DNA of 64,000 nucleotides from Paludibacteraceae bacterium (GCA_017387515.1 JAFOFC010000052.1:2773-66772); one strand, 5' to 3'; positions 8,350 to 18,661 are shown, counted from the first letter of the stretch. Numbers and translations: made by a program. The notes: generated by a model from the sequence alone, not told the origin.

Positions 8350-9384
8350 GTGAAACAAGTAAGCGTTATATTGCTAAATTACAATGGGCAAAAACATTTA
8401 AAGAAGTTTTTGCCCTCTGTGGTTGAATATACTCCTGCTTATTTGGCCGATATTATTGTGGCCGATAATGCCTCTACAGATGGTTCGGTAGAATGGGTAA
8501 AAGAAAATTATCCCCAAGTAAAAACCATGGTTTTTGAAAAAAACTTTGGTTTTGCCGATGGTTACAACATTGCCATAGGTAGGGTTAAAACTCCTTATGT
8601 GGTATTGCTCAATACCGATGTTGAGGTTACTAAAAGTTGGTTGCACCCTATGTTGCGTTATTTTGAAGACCATTCTAAGGTGGTGGCGGTACAGCCCAAA
8701 GTGCTTCAATACAAAAAGAAAACCCACTTTGAATATGCCGGAGCATGCGGAGGCTTTATGGATATTTTTGGGTATCCTTTTTGTCGTGGACGTATTTTTG
8801 ATACCCTAGAGAAAGACAGTGGCCAATACGATGATGCCCGTAAGGTGTTTTGGGCTACTGGCGCGTGCTTAATGGTAAGAAGGGTAGATTTTGTAGATTA
8901 TGGTGGGTTTGACGAAAGCTTCTTTGCTCATCAAGAAGAAATTGACCTTTGTTGGCGCATCAACGCTAGAGGTAGAGAGGTGGCTGTGGTCCCTCAATCG
9001 GTGGTATATCACCTAGGTGGTGGTACGCTGTCTATGCAAGATGCCCGTAAAACCTACCTTAACTTTAGAAATAACCATTTGTTGCTCTATAAAAATCTAT
9101 CGTTTGGTCGTTGGGTAGTACTGGCCTTTATGCGTTTCTTTTTAGATTACTTAGCAGCGTTTATGTTTTTGCTAAAAGGGAAAAGAGCCGATGCCAAGGC
9201 TATTGCCAAAGCGCGCGTAGACTTTTTGCGCATGAAAAAGAAAGTGCGCCCCTTGCGTAAAAAGAATATGGAGCACACCATTTGTCCAAGCATCCCCATG
9301 GTGTATCATGGGTCGTTGCTAGTGCAATATCATTTGCTACGTAAAAGTAAATTTTCTCAGTTGCGATTTAGCAGTAAAGCCTGA
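8350..9384 (+). CDS. family 2 glycosyltransferase
   Basis: 344-aa ORF with a GTG start directly after the upstream stop. It has VSVILLNYNGQKHL, ADNASTDGS, LLNTDVEV and AHQEEIDLCWR, consistent with a GT2 (rhamnosyltransferase-like) fold. Confidence 0.8.
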   Translation: MKQVSVILLNYNGQKHLKKFLPSVVEYTPAYLADIIVADNASTDGSVEWVKENYPQVKTMVFEKNFGFADGYNIAIGRVKTPYVVLLNTDVEVTKSWLHPMLRYFEDHSKVVAVQPKVLQYKKKTHFEYAGACGGFMDIFGYPFCRGRIFDTLEKDSGQYDDARKVFWATGACLMVRRVDFVDYGGFDESFFAHQEEIDLCWRINARGREVAVVPQSVVYHLGGGTLSMQDARKTYLNFRNNHLLLYKNLSFGRWVVLAFMRFFLDYLAAFMFLLKGKRADAKAIAKARVDFLRMKKKVRPLRKKNMEHTICPSIPMVYHGSLLVQYHLLRKSKFSQLRFSSKA

Positions 9385-11012
9385 GCATTCTGCATAGCGG
9401 CATCGGTAATGCTAGTGCCGCTAAGCATTTTAGCAATAGCCGTTACCCGCTGTTCGTCAGACAGTAAACTTACGTTGGTAAGAATTTCTTCTCCCTCTAC
9501 TTTATGAACAAAATAGTGCTGGTTACCCAAGGCTGCAATTTGTGGCAAGTGGGTAATGCAGATTATTTGGGCCGAATGGCTCATTTTTTGTAGCATGCTA
9601 CCCATAAGCGATGCTGTTTCGCCCGATATACCCGTATCAATTTCGTCAAAAATAAGCGTAGGAAGTTGGGTAGCATTGGCTAGTAGGTATTTGATGCAAA
9701 GCATAAAACGTGCAATCTCGCCACCCGATGCAATTTTACCAGCGGGTTGTGGGGTAGTAGTAGGTGTAGGGGCATACAAAAACTCTACCACATCTTTTCC
9801 CATAGAGGTAAACGCTGGTTGTTCTTGCACGCTTACTTGTACGGTAGCGTGTTGCATACCCAATTGTTTTAGCTGCTCTTTTAATACTTCTGCTATGGGT
9901 TGTGCCACCTTTTGGCGAATTTGGTGTAACTCGTTAGCCAATTTTTGCGTAGTAGCCAACGCCGCAGTTTGCTCTTTTTTTAGGGCCTCTATGTGTTGGT
10001 CGGCTTGGCTTATTTGTTGCAGTTGTGCTTCTAATTGGTTGCGCAAGTCAATTAGTTCTTCTACGGTTTTTACCTTGTGTTTTTGTAGTAGCGAGTATAG
10101 CGTATCCAAGCGTTCGCGGTTGGCTTCTAATTGTGCAGGGTTGGCCTCGATGCGTTCGGCACCGCTGCTAATGTCGCTAGCAATGTCTTTTATTTCAATG
10201 TAGGAACTTTCTAATCGTGCAGCCCAATCCTGGTAGTCGGTGGCAAACGATGCGATGCTACCCACTTTGTTGCTGGCATCTTTTAGCCTGCTTACCACGC
10301 CATTTTCGTCTTGCAATAACGCTTCTATGTATAGTAAACTATTTTTTATGTCGTGCGCATGTTCCAATAGTTCGTTTTCTGCTTCTAATGCTTCTAATTC
10401 GCCAGCTTGCAGTTTTGCTTTGTCTAGTTGGTTAAATTGAAATTGCAAATAATCGTACTCTTCTTGTGCCTTGGCAGCTAGTTGCTCAGCTTCTTCTACT
10501 TGTTTGCAGGTATTTTTGTAGTGATGGTACGCTTGTTGGTAGGCTTGTAACAATTCGTCGTTTTTGGCGTAGGTGTCTACAACTTTTAGCTGAAATTTAC
10601 CATCCCTAAGCAGTAAGTTTTCGTGTTGCGAGTGAATGTCAATAAATAAGGCACTCAAGGTTTTTAATACGCTAGCACTAACGGGCGAGTCGTTTAAAAA
10701 TTGCCTGGTTTTACCCGAACGATACAGTTCGCGGCGCAAAACACATTCGTCGCTATAATCCAAATCGTTTTCTTCAAAAAACGGTGCTAATTGGTACGAT
10801 TTTATTTGGAAAACCGCTTCGATGATGCACTTTTCTTCGCCTTCGCTAATGTACTTTGCATCCGACCTAGCACCTAGTACCAAGTTGAGCGCACCCAAAA
10901 GGATAGATTTACCGGCGCCAGTTTCGCCTGTTATTACAGAGAACCCTTGGCTAAAGTCAAGGTTAATTTCCTTTATAAGTACAAAGTTTTTTATGTATAA
11001 CGACTGAAGCAT
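9357..11012 (-). CDS. recN: DNA repair protein RecN
   Basis: 551-aa ORF with N-terminal LYIKNFVLIKEINLDFSQGFSVITGETGAGKSILLGAL, long coiled-coil segments, and C-terminal ASGGEIARFMLCIK...LIFDEIDTGISG. Confidence 0.9.
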   Translation of the reverse strand: MLQSLYIKNFVLIKEINLDFSQGFSVITGETGAGKSILLGALNLVLGARSDAKYISEGEEKCIIEAVFQIKSYQLAPFFEENDLDYSDECVLRRELYRSGKTRQFLNDSPVSASVLKTLSALFIDIHSQHENLLLRDGKFQLKVVDTYAKNDELLQAYQQAYHHYKNTCKQVEEAEQLAAKAQEEYDYLQFQFNQLDKAKLQAGELEALEAENELLEHAHDIKNSLLYIEALLQDENGVVSRLKDASNKVGSIASFATDYQDWAARLESSYIEIKDIASDISSGAERIEANPAQLEANRERLDTLYSLLQKHKVKTVEELIDLRNQLEAQLQQISQADQHIEALKKEQTAALATTQKLANELHQIRQKVAQPIAEVLKEQLKQLGMQHATVQVSVQEQPAFTSMGKDVVEFLYAPTPTTTPQPAGKIASGGEIARFMLCIKYLLANATQLPTLIFDEIDTGISGETASLMGSMLQKMSHSAQIICITHLPQIAALGNQHYFVHKVEGEEILTNVSLLSDEQRVTAIAKMLSGTSITDAAMQNAQALLLNRN

Positions 11013-11013
11013 A

Positions 11014-11910
11014 TTATTTCAATGCGTCCATGCGGTATTGTAGGGTTGGCGCTAAATAGCTCATAATATCGTAGGCATTCTTTCTTTCGGTAGGAGTTGC
11101 CTTGGAGTAAATATTAATCAGCTCGTCTAGTTTAGTTTCTACAAATTCGCCAACAATGATGTTAGAGGGACGTTCTTTATAGATTTCTTTTAAGATGGTT
11201 AGTTGTTCGTTTATTCTGGTTCTACTCTTATCGGGCGATAGGGTCATCTCGTCCAAGCCCAATCGGTGGTAGGTGTATAAATATTCTCTATAAGGTTTAG
11301 CTATATCATCTACAATACTAGTAATAAGCGCGTAGCGATTGCGGCCATCTTCAAAAGCACGCCAGCCAGTAGTATTGGTGCTTTGTGCTTGATTTACAAT
11401 GTCTTCTGCTTTTTTATAGAAAGGAGTGCCACTCATAAGGGCAAACGAATCGCAGTCTGTGCCAATGATGATGTAGGCATAGTAGGCTAACATTTCGGTT
11501 AAGTTGTTGCCAAACGATGTCTCGTCAAAGGTTAGTGCATCGCCCTCGTAATAAGAGAACTCTACTTTTTGGTCTTTAAAACTAAAAATAGGCGATTTGT
11601 AATTGGTGTTATGAACGGGGCGTGTAGATTGTACCTGCAGCTCGCCAGCAAAACTATTGCCACTTTGGTTGCTAATAATAAGGTAAACGCTGCATTCAAT
11701 GCGCTCTTCGGTAAGGTATTCAAAATCGGTCCAACGGCGTTCGTTCATAAACTCGGTAATGGCCTTCTCTAGCGACTCAAATACAGAACGATTGGTTCCT
11801 TGTATTTGTTCGGCATTCACTGTTACCTTGCAATTGAGTTCTTGCGCCGATAGGGTAGCGCAAGCCAAACACCCAAGCAAAAACAGTATTATTTGTTTAG
11901 CCATTCGCAT
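11014..11910 (-). CDS. DUF4835-family protein (labelled T9SS-associated PorD in some annotations; unverified here)
   Basis: 298-aa ORF with a signal peptide followed by AQELNCKVTVNAEQIQGTNRSVFESLEKAITEFMNERRWT. It occupies the conserved position between coaBC and recN. Confidence 0.55.
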   Translation of the reverse strand: MRMAKQIILFLLGCLACATLSAQELNCKVTVNAEQIQGTNRSVFESLEKAITEFMNERRWTDFEYLTEERIECSVYLIISNQSGNSFAGELQVQSTRPVHNTNYKSPIFSFKDQKVEFSYYEGDALTFDETSFGNNLTEMLAYYAYIIIGTDCDSFALMSGTPFYKKAEDIVNQAQSTNTTGWRAFEDGRNRYALITSIVDDIAKPYREYLYTYHRLGLDEMTLSPDKSRTRINEQLTILKEIYKERPSNIIVGEFVETKLDELINIYSKATPTERKNAYDIMSYLAPTLQYRMDALK

Positions 11911-13088
11911 AAGTTTTCTACAATATCGGCAGCCACTGCTTGTTTGCTTTTGGCAGGGAATGCCTTGGTTTGTCCGTTGCGGTCGATGATGGTAATTTGG
12001 TTGTTATCGTAACCAAAGCACGTTCCTGGATTGCGAAGCGAGTTGAGTACAATAAAATCTAAGTTTTTGCGCGCTAACTTGCTAGCGGCATTGGCCGCCT
12101 CGTTGTCGGTTTCTAGCGCAAATCCTACCAATACTTGGTGTTCTTTTTTTGCCTTGCCCAGGGCAGCGGCAATGTCTTGGGTAGGTTGTAGTTCAATGCA
12201 CATACCACTGTCACCTCGTTTTATTTTGCTGTCAGCTTTGGTGGCAGGGGTAAAGTCGGCTACAGCAGCGCACAAAATAGCAGCGTCGGTTTGCAAAAAT
12301 GCTGCTGTGCTTGCTTGGTACATTTGGGCAGCCGATTCTACCGATGTAACCGCAATGTTGGGGTGTTGTGCCTTGATCTGAACAGGACCCGATACTAGGG
12401 TAACTTTTGCACCCATTTGTGCACATGTTTCGGCAATGGCATAGCCCATCTTACCACTAGAGTAGTTGCCTATAAAACGTACAGGGTCTATTTTTTCGTA
12501 GGTAGGACCTGCTGTAATTAAGATGTGTTTGCCTGCTAAAGGCAAGTTGTCTTGCAATTTGTCAGCAACAAATTGGGCAATAACCTCTGGCTCTGCCATG
12601 CGTCCCTTGCCTTCTAAACCACTTGCTAAAAAACCACTAGCAGGCTCTATCATGTGTACACCACGATTACGCAAGGTTTGTAAGTTCTCTTGTGTAGCTA
12701 CATGTGCGTACATGTCCAAATCCATGGCTGGTGCTGCAAATACTGGGCATCTAGCCGATAGATAGGTAGTTGTAAGTAAATTATCGGCCATGCCATGGGC
12801 CATTTTGGCCAAGGTATTAGCCGTTGCAGGAGCAATGATGTAGGCATCGGCCCACAATCCTAACGATACGTGGCTATTCCATCTGCCATCGGTAGGGTCA
12901 AAAAAATCTACCAATACAGGGTTGCGCGAAAGGGTAGCCAAGGTAAGGGGAGTGATAAATTCTTTGGCCTTCTCGGTCATTATCACTTTTACTTCGGCAC
13001 CACGTTTCACCAACTCACGTACCAAGATAGCTGTTTTATAGGCAGCTATCCCGCCGGTTACTCCTACTATAATGTGTTTACCTTGCAA
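11889..13088 (-). CDS. coaBC: bifunctional phosphopantothenoylcysteine decarboxylase / phosphopantothenate-cysteine ligase
   Basis: 399-aa ORF with IIVGVTGGIAAYK and APAMDLDM in the flavoprotein half, and ITAGPTYEKIDPVRFIGNYSSGKMG in the CoaB half. Confidence 0.9.
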   Translation of the reverse strand: MQGKHIIVGVTGGIAAYKTAILVRELVKRGAEVKVIMTEKAKEFITPLTLATLSRNPVLVDFFDPTDGRWNSHVSLGLWADAYIIAPATANTLAKMAHGMADNLLTTTYLSARCPVFAAPAMDLDMYAHVATQENLQTLRNRGVHMIEPASGFLASGLEGKGRMAEPEVIAQFVADKLQDNLPLAGKHILITAGPTYEKIDPVRFIGNYSSGKMGYAIAETCAQMGAKVTLVSGPVQIKAQHPNIAVTSVESAAQMYQASTAAFLQTDAAILCAAVADFTPATKADSKIKRGDSGMCIELQPTQDIAAALGKAKKEHQVLVGFALETDNEAANAASKLARKNLDFIVLNSLRNPGTCFGYDNNQITIIDRNGQTKAFPAKSKQAVAADIVENLCEWLNK

Positions 13089-13090
13089 CC

Positions 13091-13444
13091 TTATTTAATT
13101 TTGGCAGGGTTGCGGAAATAGGTTTTGTCTTCGATGTACTCTTGGGTTGCCAACAATACAGGTTTAGGCAAACGTTCGTAGTATTTCGAAATTTCGGTTT
13201 GTTCGCGGTTGTCAAACACTTCTGCTTCCAAATTGTCAACAGCATTACCAGAGAATTCTTCCAATTTGCGTTTCAATTCGTCTTTCATTTCCACGCTAAT
13301 TTGGTTAGCACGTTTACCAATAATGGCAACGGTTTCGTACACATTTTCGGTGTTTTCGCACAAGCTATTTACATCGCGTGTAATGGTGTTGATGGGAGCG
13401 TTTGATTTTTTGTAATCCATAATGTTATTTAATAGAGTTTTCAA
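13091..13444 (-). CDS. rpoZ: DNA-directed RNA polymerase omega subunit (Bacteroidota type)
   Basis: 117-aa ORF with YETVAIIGKRANQISVEMKDEL. It sits in the conserved position between bamD and coaBC. Confidence 0.65.
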   Translation of the reverse strand: MKTLLNNIMDYKKSNAPINTITRDVNSLCENTENVYETVAIIGKRANQISVEMKDELKRKLEEFSGNAVDNLEAEVFDNREQTEISKYYERLPKPVLLATQEYIEDKTYFRNPAKIK

Positions 13445-14255
13445 TTATTTTTTGCAAATGTTCTGCCATTTTTTCTACCTCTTTTTGGTGCTTGGTATTG
13501 GGATGCTCTTGCATAAAATAGTAGCATTCATCGCGTGCGTCTTCGCTACGCTCCAATATTTTTTCTTGCACACTCTTAATGGCTTCGTGGTATTTCGATT
13601 TTACGATGATAAACGCCAACTCGTCTATGTATTTAGAGTCGGGGTAATCGTTCATGGCATTTTGGGCGGTGATAATGGCAGCACGATAGTTATTGCCTCT
13701 GTAATCGCCTAAGTTGTAATATAATTTTGCGTTTAAATATTCTCTTTCGGCCAATTTGTCGTACAATTCCGCTTGGCATTGACGTGCGCTATCGGCTTGG
13801 CTGTGATAAGGGAACTGCTCAATAAAAAGCTGAAAATGCTCAATGGCTTTCATGGTTGGACGTTGGTCCAATTCGGGTTCGGGCGATTCCAAATATTCAG
13901 AATAAGCCAACATAAACAAGCACTCGGGGTAATTCTTACCGCGTAAATAGGTGTTTACGTAGGTTTGGTAATAATGAGCCGATGCAATGTAATCTTTACG
14001 CTTAAAATAGCTGGTCGATAATAAGTATAGAATATTTTCCGACTTTTCGGTACCCTTGTATTGGGTAGATATGTCTTCTAGTAGGCGAATGGTTTTTTTA
14101 TAGTCTCCTTTTTCGTAGTATTCCAAAGCAGCCTTGTATTTCAATTCGCCGTCTTTACTTTTAAGCAGCTGGTTGTAATACTTATCGGCCATAGCGGGTG
14201 TACACACACTCCATATAACCATGGTTACTATAAAAACAAATGCCTTTCTCATCAA
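13425..14255 (-). CDS. bamD: outer membrane protein assembly factor BamD (TPR lipoprotein)
   Basis: 276-aa ORF with a signal peptide and TPR-like repeats (YYEKGDYKKTIRLLE..., YYNLGDYRGN...). Gene order supports the call. Confidence 0.75.
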   Translation of the reverse strand: MMRKAFVFIVTMVIWSVCTPAMADKYYNQLLKSKDGELKYKAALEYYEKGDYKKTIRLLEDISTQYKGTEKSENILYLLSTSYFKRKDYIASAHYYQTYVNTYLRGKNYPECLFMLAYSEYLESPEPELDQRPTMKAIEHFQLFIEQFPYHSQADSARQCQAELYDKLAEREYLNAKLYYNLGDYRGNNYRAAIITAQNAMNDYPDSKYIDELAFIIVKSKYHEAIKSVQEKILERSEDARDECYYFMQEHPNTKHQKEVEKMAEHLQKIIENSIK

Positions 14256-14295
14256 GGTAGCAAAGGTAATAAAAAAATATGAACTTTGCGAATGC

Positions 14296-15489
14296 TTATT
14301 TCCATTTATAGGTAGATTTAGAAGTAAACCTACGTTTGATGTGCAGAAATAAGTTAATAAGTGGTAAAAGTATGTCTAAAAGCGTTACGCCAAAGTAAAA
14401 TTTCTTTTCGCCCAATTGTTTGGCAGTGGCATTGATAACGCTTACTTGTGCTATGTTTCTAAGCAAGAATACTACGGTGGCTAGCAATAAACCAAACGGA
14501 TAATAAACGCAGGCTGTAGCTAGTAACGAAACGTAAAATCCCAAACGGCTTAGCAGTTCTATGCCAATAAAACATTTGTTTCCAAAGCGATAGTAGTTAG
14601 AGGTAGACAAGTGTCTGGCCTTTTGCATGCACCATTGTGTAAAACTTTCTTTTGGGGTAGAAAGAGTAACCGATTGGGCGTCTATTTCGATGCGGGTATT
14701 GCCTTTTTTGCTATTCTCGTTTACAAATAAATCGTCGTCGCCCGATTGTAGGTTAAGGTGTTTGCTAAAGCCTGCTGTTTGATAAAAAAACTGCTGACGA
14801 TACCCCATGTTTCTGCCAACGCCCATGTAGGCTCTTTTACCCAATGCTAAGTTAAGGTATTGCATGCCAATGGTAAGGGTATCAAAACGAATTAATAAGT
14901 TTAAGAATCCTTTTTGATAGCAGTAAGCACCATATCCTAATACCATTTGCGTGTTGTCGGTAAAGTTGCGCACCATTAACTGTAGCCAATCTTTGCTGCG
15001 CGGATAGCAATCGGCGTCTGTAAAAATTAAAACATCGTGCGATGCCGATTTAATTCCCAATGTTACCGCCATTTTTTTTGAATCAATAAATTTGGCACGC
15101 TCTGGAATAAAGGTGGTTTTTAAATGAGGATACTTATAGCTCATTAAACGAAGCAAATCTTCGGTATCGTCAAAAGAACGATCGTTTACCACTATTACCT
15201 CGTAGTCGGGGTAATCTTGTTCTAGTACGGTTGGTAAATATTGTTCTAGGTTAATGCTTTCGTTGCGTGCGCAAATAATTACCGAAACGGGTGGGTAGTT
15301 GTTGTTAAAAGCTACCTTGCCTTTTCTAACTTTACGTGCGTATCTAAAAATACGGGTGTATATGCCTAGGTAGTACACCCATTGTAGTAAAAGGCATACC
15401 ACCAAACAAATAGTAACAACCTGAATGCTCAGGTTGTTTAGCCAAATTTCTTGTAAGAATTCCCAAGTATTTAACAAATATGCACTCAT
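14296..15489 (-). CDS. membrane-bound family 2 glycosyltransferase
   Basis: 397-aa ORF with an N-terminal TM helix, VSVIICARNE...VIVVNDRSFDDT...FTDADCYP, and several C-terminal TM helices. Confidence 0.7.
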   Translation of the reverse strand: MSAYLLNTWEFLQEIWLNNLSIQVVTICLVVCLLLQWVYYLGIYTRIFRYARKVRKGKVAFNNNYPPVSVIICARNESINLEQYLPTVLEQDYPDYEVIVVNDRSFDDTEDLLRLMSYKYPHLKTTFIPERAKFIDSKKMAVTLGIKSASHDVLIFTDADCYPRSKDWLQLMVRNFTDNTQMVLGYGAYCYQKGFLNLLIRFDTLTIGMQYLNLALGKRAYMGVGRNMGYRQQFFYQTAGFSKHLNLQSGDDDLFVNENSKKGNTRIEIDAQSVTLSTPKESFTQWCMQKARHLSTSNYYRFGNKCFIGIELLSRLGFYVSLLATACVYYPFGLLLATVVFLLRNIAQVSVINATAKQLGEKKFYFGVTLLDILLPLINLFLHIKRRFTSKSTYKWK

Positions 15490-15498
15490 TATAAAGCC

Positions 15499-16653
15499 TT
15501 AGAAATTGTCAGAAAAATATGCTTTGGGTAGTTGGCGTAAATTGTATTGCGAACTCATTACTTCTCCGTAAGCACCGGCCGATCGCAACGCAATAATATC
15601 ACCACGTTTTACTTCGTTTAAGCTTACTTCTTTGCCAAATACATCCGACGATTCGCAAATAGGACCCACTACATCGTAGGTTTGTTCGGGTAGGTTGCTG
15701 CTTAGGTTTTCTATGCGATGATAGGCATCGTACATAGCAGGACGAATTAACTCGGTAAAGCCAGCGTCTAGGATGGCAAATTTCTTTACTTCGCCTTCTT
15801 TTACGTACAATACGCGGCTAATCAAGCTGCCGCATTGGCCTACTACAGCACGTCCCAATTCAAAGTGAATGGCTTGTCCCTCTCTGCGTTCTACCAATTG
15901 GTTAAATACGGCAAAGTAGTTAGCAAAATCGGGTATGTTAATGTGGTTAGGGTGATGATAATCAATACCCAAACCTCCGCCAAAGTTCATATTGGGGAAT
16001 GTAAAGCCTTGTGCCTCTAGTGCATCTTGCAATTCGTTGGCTTTGATGCACAAGTCTTTAAATGCCGACATATCGGTAATTTGCGAACCAATGTGAAAGT
16101 GTAACCCTACTACCTCTATGTTGGCAAGGCTTTGTGCTTCTTTTAGTACGCCAGCAATTTGGCTTAAGTTAATGCCAAATTTGTTTTCTGATAATCCCGT
16201 GGTAATTTTAGCATGGGTATGCGCATCTACGTTGGGGTTTACCCTAAACTCAACACGTGCTGTTTTGTTTTGTGCCGCTGCCAATTCGTTAATGATGTGC
16301 AATTCGGCAGTCGATTCTACATTAAAACAGAAAATGTCTGCCTTAAGGCCAAGATTAATTTCCCAATCGGCTTTGCCTACACCTGCAAATACAATTTTAT
16401 TGGCAGGGAATCCTGCATCAAGGGCCGCTTGTACCTCGCCACCGCTTACGCAATCTGCGCCAAAGCCGCAGCTAGCAATTTCTTGTAAAATACGGGGATT
16501 GGCATTGGCTTTAATGGCATAGTGTTGGCAAAAACCGTATTGCTCGGTTTCTTTTTTTATGGCCTCTAGGGTCTTTTTTAGTAGGGCCATATCGTAAAAA
16601 TAGAATGGAGTTTGCACTCCATTCCATTTATCAATCGGAAAGTTTCCTTTCAT
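15499..16653 (-). CDS. lysA: diaminopimelate decarboxylase
   Basis: 384-aa ORF with YAIKANANPRIL, HFHIGSQI, GGGLGIDY, EPGRA-like ELGRAVVG and CESSD. Confidence 0.9.
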   Translation of the reverse strand: MKGNFPIDKWNGVQTPFYFYDMALLKKTLEAIKKETEQYGFCQHYAIKANANPRILQEIASCGFGADCVSGGEVQAALDAGFPANKIVFAGVGKADWEINLGLKADIFCFNVESTAELHIINELAAAQNKTARVEFRVNPNVDAHTHAKITTGLSENKFGINLSQIAGVLKEAQSLANIEVVGLHFHIGSQITDMSAFKDLCIKANELQDALEAQGFTFPNMNFGGGLGIDYHHPNHINIPDFANYFAVFNQLVERREGQAIHFELGRAVVGQCGSLISRVLYVKEGEVKKFAILDAGFTELIRPAMYDAYHRIENLSSNLPEQTYDVVGPICESSDVFGKEVSLNEVKRGDIIALRSAGAYGEVMSSQYNLRQLPKAYFSDNF

Positions 16654-16657
16654 AATC

Positions 16658-17977
16658 TTAGTTGAATAAGTTTTGGCTAAGTGCGTTTAGTGCACGTTGT
16701 TTGTTGTCGGCTTGAATCAAGAACGATACGTTGTAGTTGCTACCACCGTAAGAAATCATACGAATTGGAATATCTTTAAGTGCATTTACAATTTGTGCTT
16801 GGAAACCAACGTTTTCGCTGTTCATATCGCCTACTACGCAAATAATTACCATGTCTTTTTCTACGGTAACCGTGCCAAAGGTTTTTAGCTCGTTTACAAT
16901 TTCGTCCAAGTGTTTGGTGTTGTCAATGGTAACCGATACGCCCACTTCTGAGGTGGTAACCATGTCGATAGCTGTTTTGTGGTTAGCAAAACATTCAAAT
17001 ACCTTGCTTAAAAAGCCGTGTGCCAACAACATACGTCCCGATTTAATTTTGATGGCAGTGATGTTGTCTTTAGCGGCAACCGCTTCAATTTTATGAGGGG
17101 TAAGTTCGGTCGAAATCATGGTGCCAGGAGCCTGAGGGTCCATGGTGTTCAACAAACGAACAGGAATGTTTTCTAATTTAGCAGGCAAAATGCAGGTTGG
17201 GTGCAAGATTTTAGCACCAAAGTAGGCCAATTCTGCTGCTTCTTCAAAGTGCAATTTAGCCACTGGTTTGGTATTTTCTACAAAACGAGGGTCGTTGTTG
17301 TGCATACCATCAATATCGGTCCAGATTTGAATTTCGCTTGCTTTTACAGCAGCACCCACCAACGATGCGGTATAGTCGCTACCACCACGTTGTAGGTTGT
17401 CAATTTCGTTGTAAGCATTGCGGCAAATAAAACCTTGGGTAATGTAAATTTCGGTATCGGTAGGCAATTTTGCCAACTCTTTGGTTAGGTGCTCGCGAAT
17501 GTATGCAGCGTCTGGTTCGTTGTTTTTGTCAATGCGCATGTAATCCAAAGCAGGTAGTAATACCGATTTGCGACCAATTTCTTGCAAATATAGGTTTACC
17601 ATTGCTGTCGACATTAATTCGCCTTGTGCTAGGATGATTTTTTCGTCGAACAACAAGAATACATTTTGCTTGGTAAAGTTGCGTAACAATTCAAAGTTTT
17701 GTTTTACGCAAGCAGTAGCTTGTGCTTTGAAATTGTCGGTGCTGTACAATTCGTCTATAACAGCAGCGTATTTCTTTTCTAGTTGGTTGATTACTTCGTT
17801 AGCACTTACGGGATTCTTTTTGTACAAGTAGTCTGCAATTTCTACCAACGTATTGGTAGTTCCCGACATAGCCGACAAAACTACAATTTTTTGTTGACCG
17901 TCGGCAATTAGTGCTGCTACTTCTTTCATGCGTTGTGCAGAACCTACGGATGTTCCGCCAAATTTTAATACTTTCAT
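16658..17977 (-). CDS. lysC: aspartate kinase
   Basis: 439-aa ORF with MKVLKFGGTSVGSAQRM, VVLSAMSGTTN, RGGSDYTA, DIDGMHNNDPR and C-terminal ACT-like repeats. Confidence 0.9.
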   Translation of the reverse strand: MKVLKFGGTSVGSAQRMKEVAALIADGQQKIVVLSAMSGTTNTLVEIADYLYKKNPVSANEVINQLEKKYAAVIDELYSTDNFKAQATACVKQNFELLRNFTKQNVFLLFDEKIILAQGELMSTAMVNLYLQEIGRKSVLLPALDYMRIDKNNEPDAAYIREHLTKELAKLPTDTEIYITQGFICRNAYNEIDNLQRGGSDYTASLVGAAVKASEIQIWTDIDGMHNNDPRFVENTKPVAKLHFEEAAELAYFGAKILHPTCILPAKLENIPVRLLNTMDPQAPGTMISTELTPHKIEAVAAKDNITAIKIKSGRMLLAHGFLSKVFECFANHKTAIDMVTTSEVGVSVTIDNTKHLDEIVNELKTFGTVTVEKDMVIICVVGDMNSENVGFQAQIVNALKDIPIRMISYGGSNYNVSFLIQADNKQRALNALSQNLFN

Positions 17978-18063
17978 GATGTGTTAGTTTAAATCCGCAC
18001 AAAAATACAGATTTTTCTTGAATATTAGGAATAAATATAGGTAGTTTCTTATAGGGGTAGGTA

Positions 18064-18100
18064 TAAAAAACAATGGGTTACCACGCCTGGTAACCCATTG
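18064..18100 (-). terminator. intrinsic terminator after the META-domain gene
   Basis: Perfect hairpin CAATGGGTTACCA/TGGTAACCCATTG (18071-18100), followed on the minus strand by TTTTTTA. Confidence 0.75.
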
Positions 18101-18232
18101 CCCCATCTTAATTCTTAATCTTTTTCTTACGAAGAAAACTAATATGTCACAAAGGTAATTGTTTTTTATATTGCTGTCAAGTATTTGTCTTAAAAAGATA
18201 TTATTAATAACAAATATTAACATTGCAATGTT

Positions 18233-18661
18233 TTATTGTTTTCTTTCAAAACGTAAAATGGTTTGGTCTTGATTGTTTTTTAGCAACAATTCTTTTGCGT
18301 TGTATTCAATGCTGTTTACCAAACCAAGGGTCATTAATAATTCGTCTTCTACCTCCATGTTAGCGCAAAGCATTTTGGTGCTACCCATGTTGTCAAAACG
18401 CAATGCATCAACGTTGGTAGAATCGGTAATCATGCTACCAAAAAAGCTGTTGCAACCTGCGTTGCCGTAAATGCGGCTTTCGTTTTGATCAAATCCAATA
18501 AATGGAGTAGTAATGCCTTCGGCTAGTTCTATGGTTTTACCGTTCATTTCCACCAAGTCCCATTCGCCAAAAACATTGGTAGCGTTGTAATTGTGTTTGT
18601 TGCAAGCCATAAGGGTAGTAGCCATAATTGCTACAAAAAATAACATCTTTTTCATCTTCAT
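18233..18661 (-). CDS. META-domain (HslJ-like) lipoprotein
   Basis: 142-aa ORF with a lipobox (LMACN) and W-x-L-x-x-M-N-G...F-x-x-x-x-R-I-x-G-N-A-G-C-N-S-F-F-G...STKMLC. Confidence 0.7.
   Translation of the reverse strand: MKMKKMLFFVAIMATTLMACNKHNYNATNVFGEWDLVEMNGKTIELAEGITTPFIGFDQNESRIYGNAGCNSFFGSMITDSTNVDALRFDNMGSTKMLCANMEVEDELLMTLGLVNSIEYNAKELLLKNNQDQTILRFERKQ

Noticed and set aside
9556-10203. A 215-aa ORF on the plus strand inside recN. Similar long antisense ORFs occur elsewhere, for example 20439-21005 and 21339-21719 inside nifJ, 42400-42885 and 41995-42384 inside mutB, 3634-4071 inside amylase 1, and 23462-23872 inside rho.
   Set aside because: All lie entirely within strongly supported genes on the opposite strand. 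They have low-complexity or Cys/Ser/Phe-rich compositions typical of antisense frames and no recognisable motifs.
17978-18232. A lysine riboswitch (L-box) or leader upstream of lysC.
   Set aside because: Only ~85 nt lie between the upstream terminator (18064-18100) and the lysC start, which is too short for an L-box. I could not find the conserved L-box core helices. The rest of the gap is the 3' UTR of the META-domain gene.
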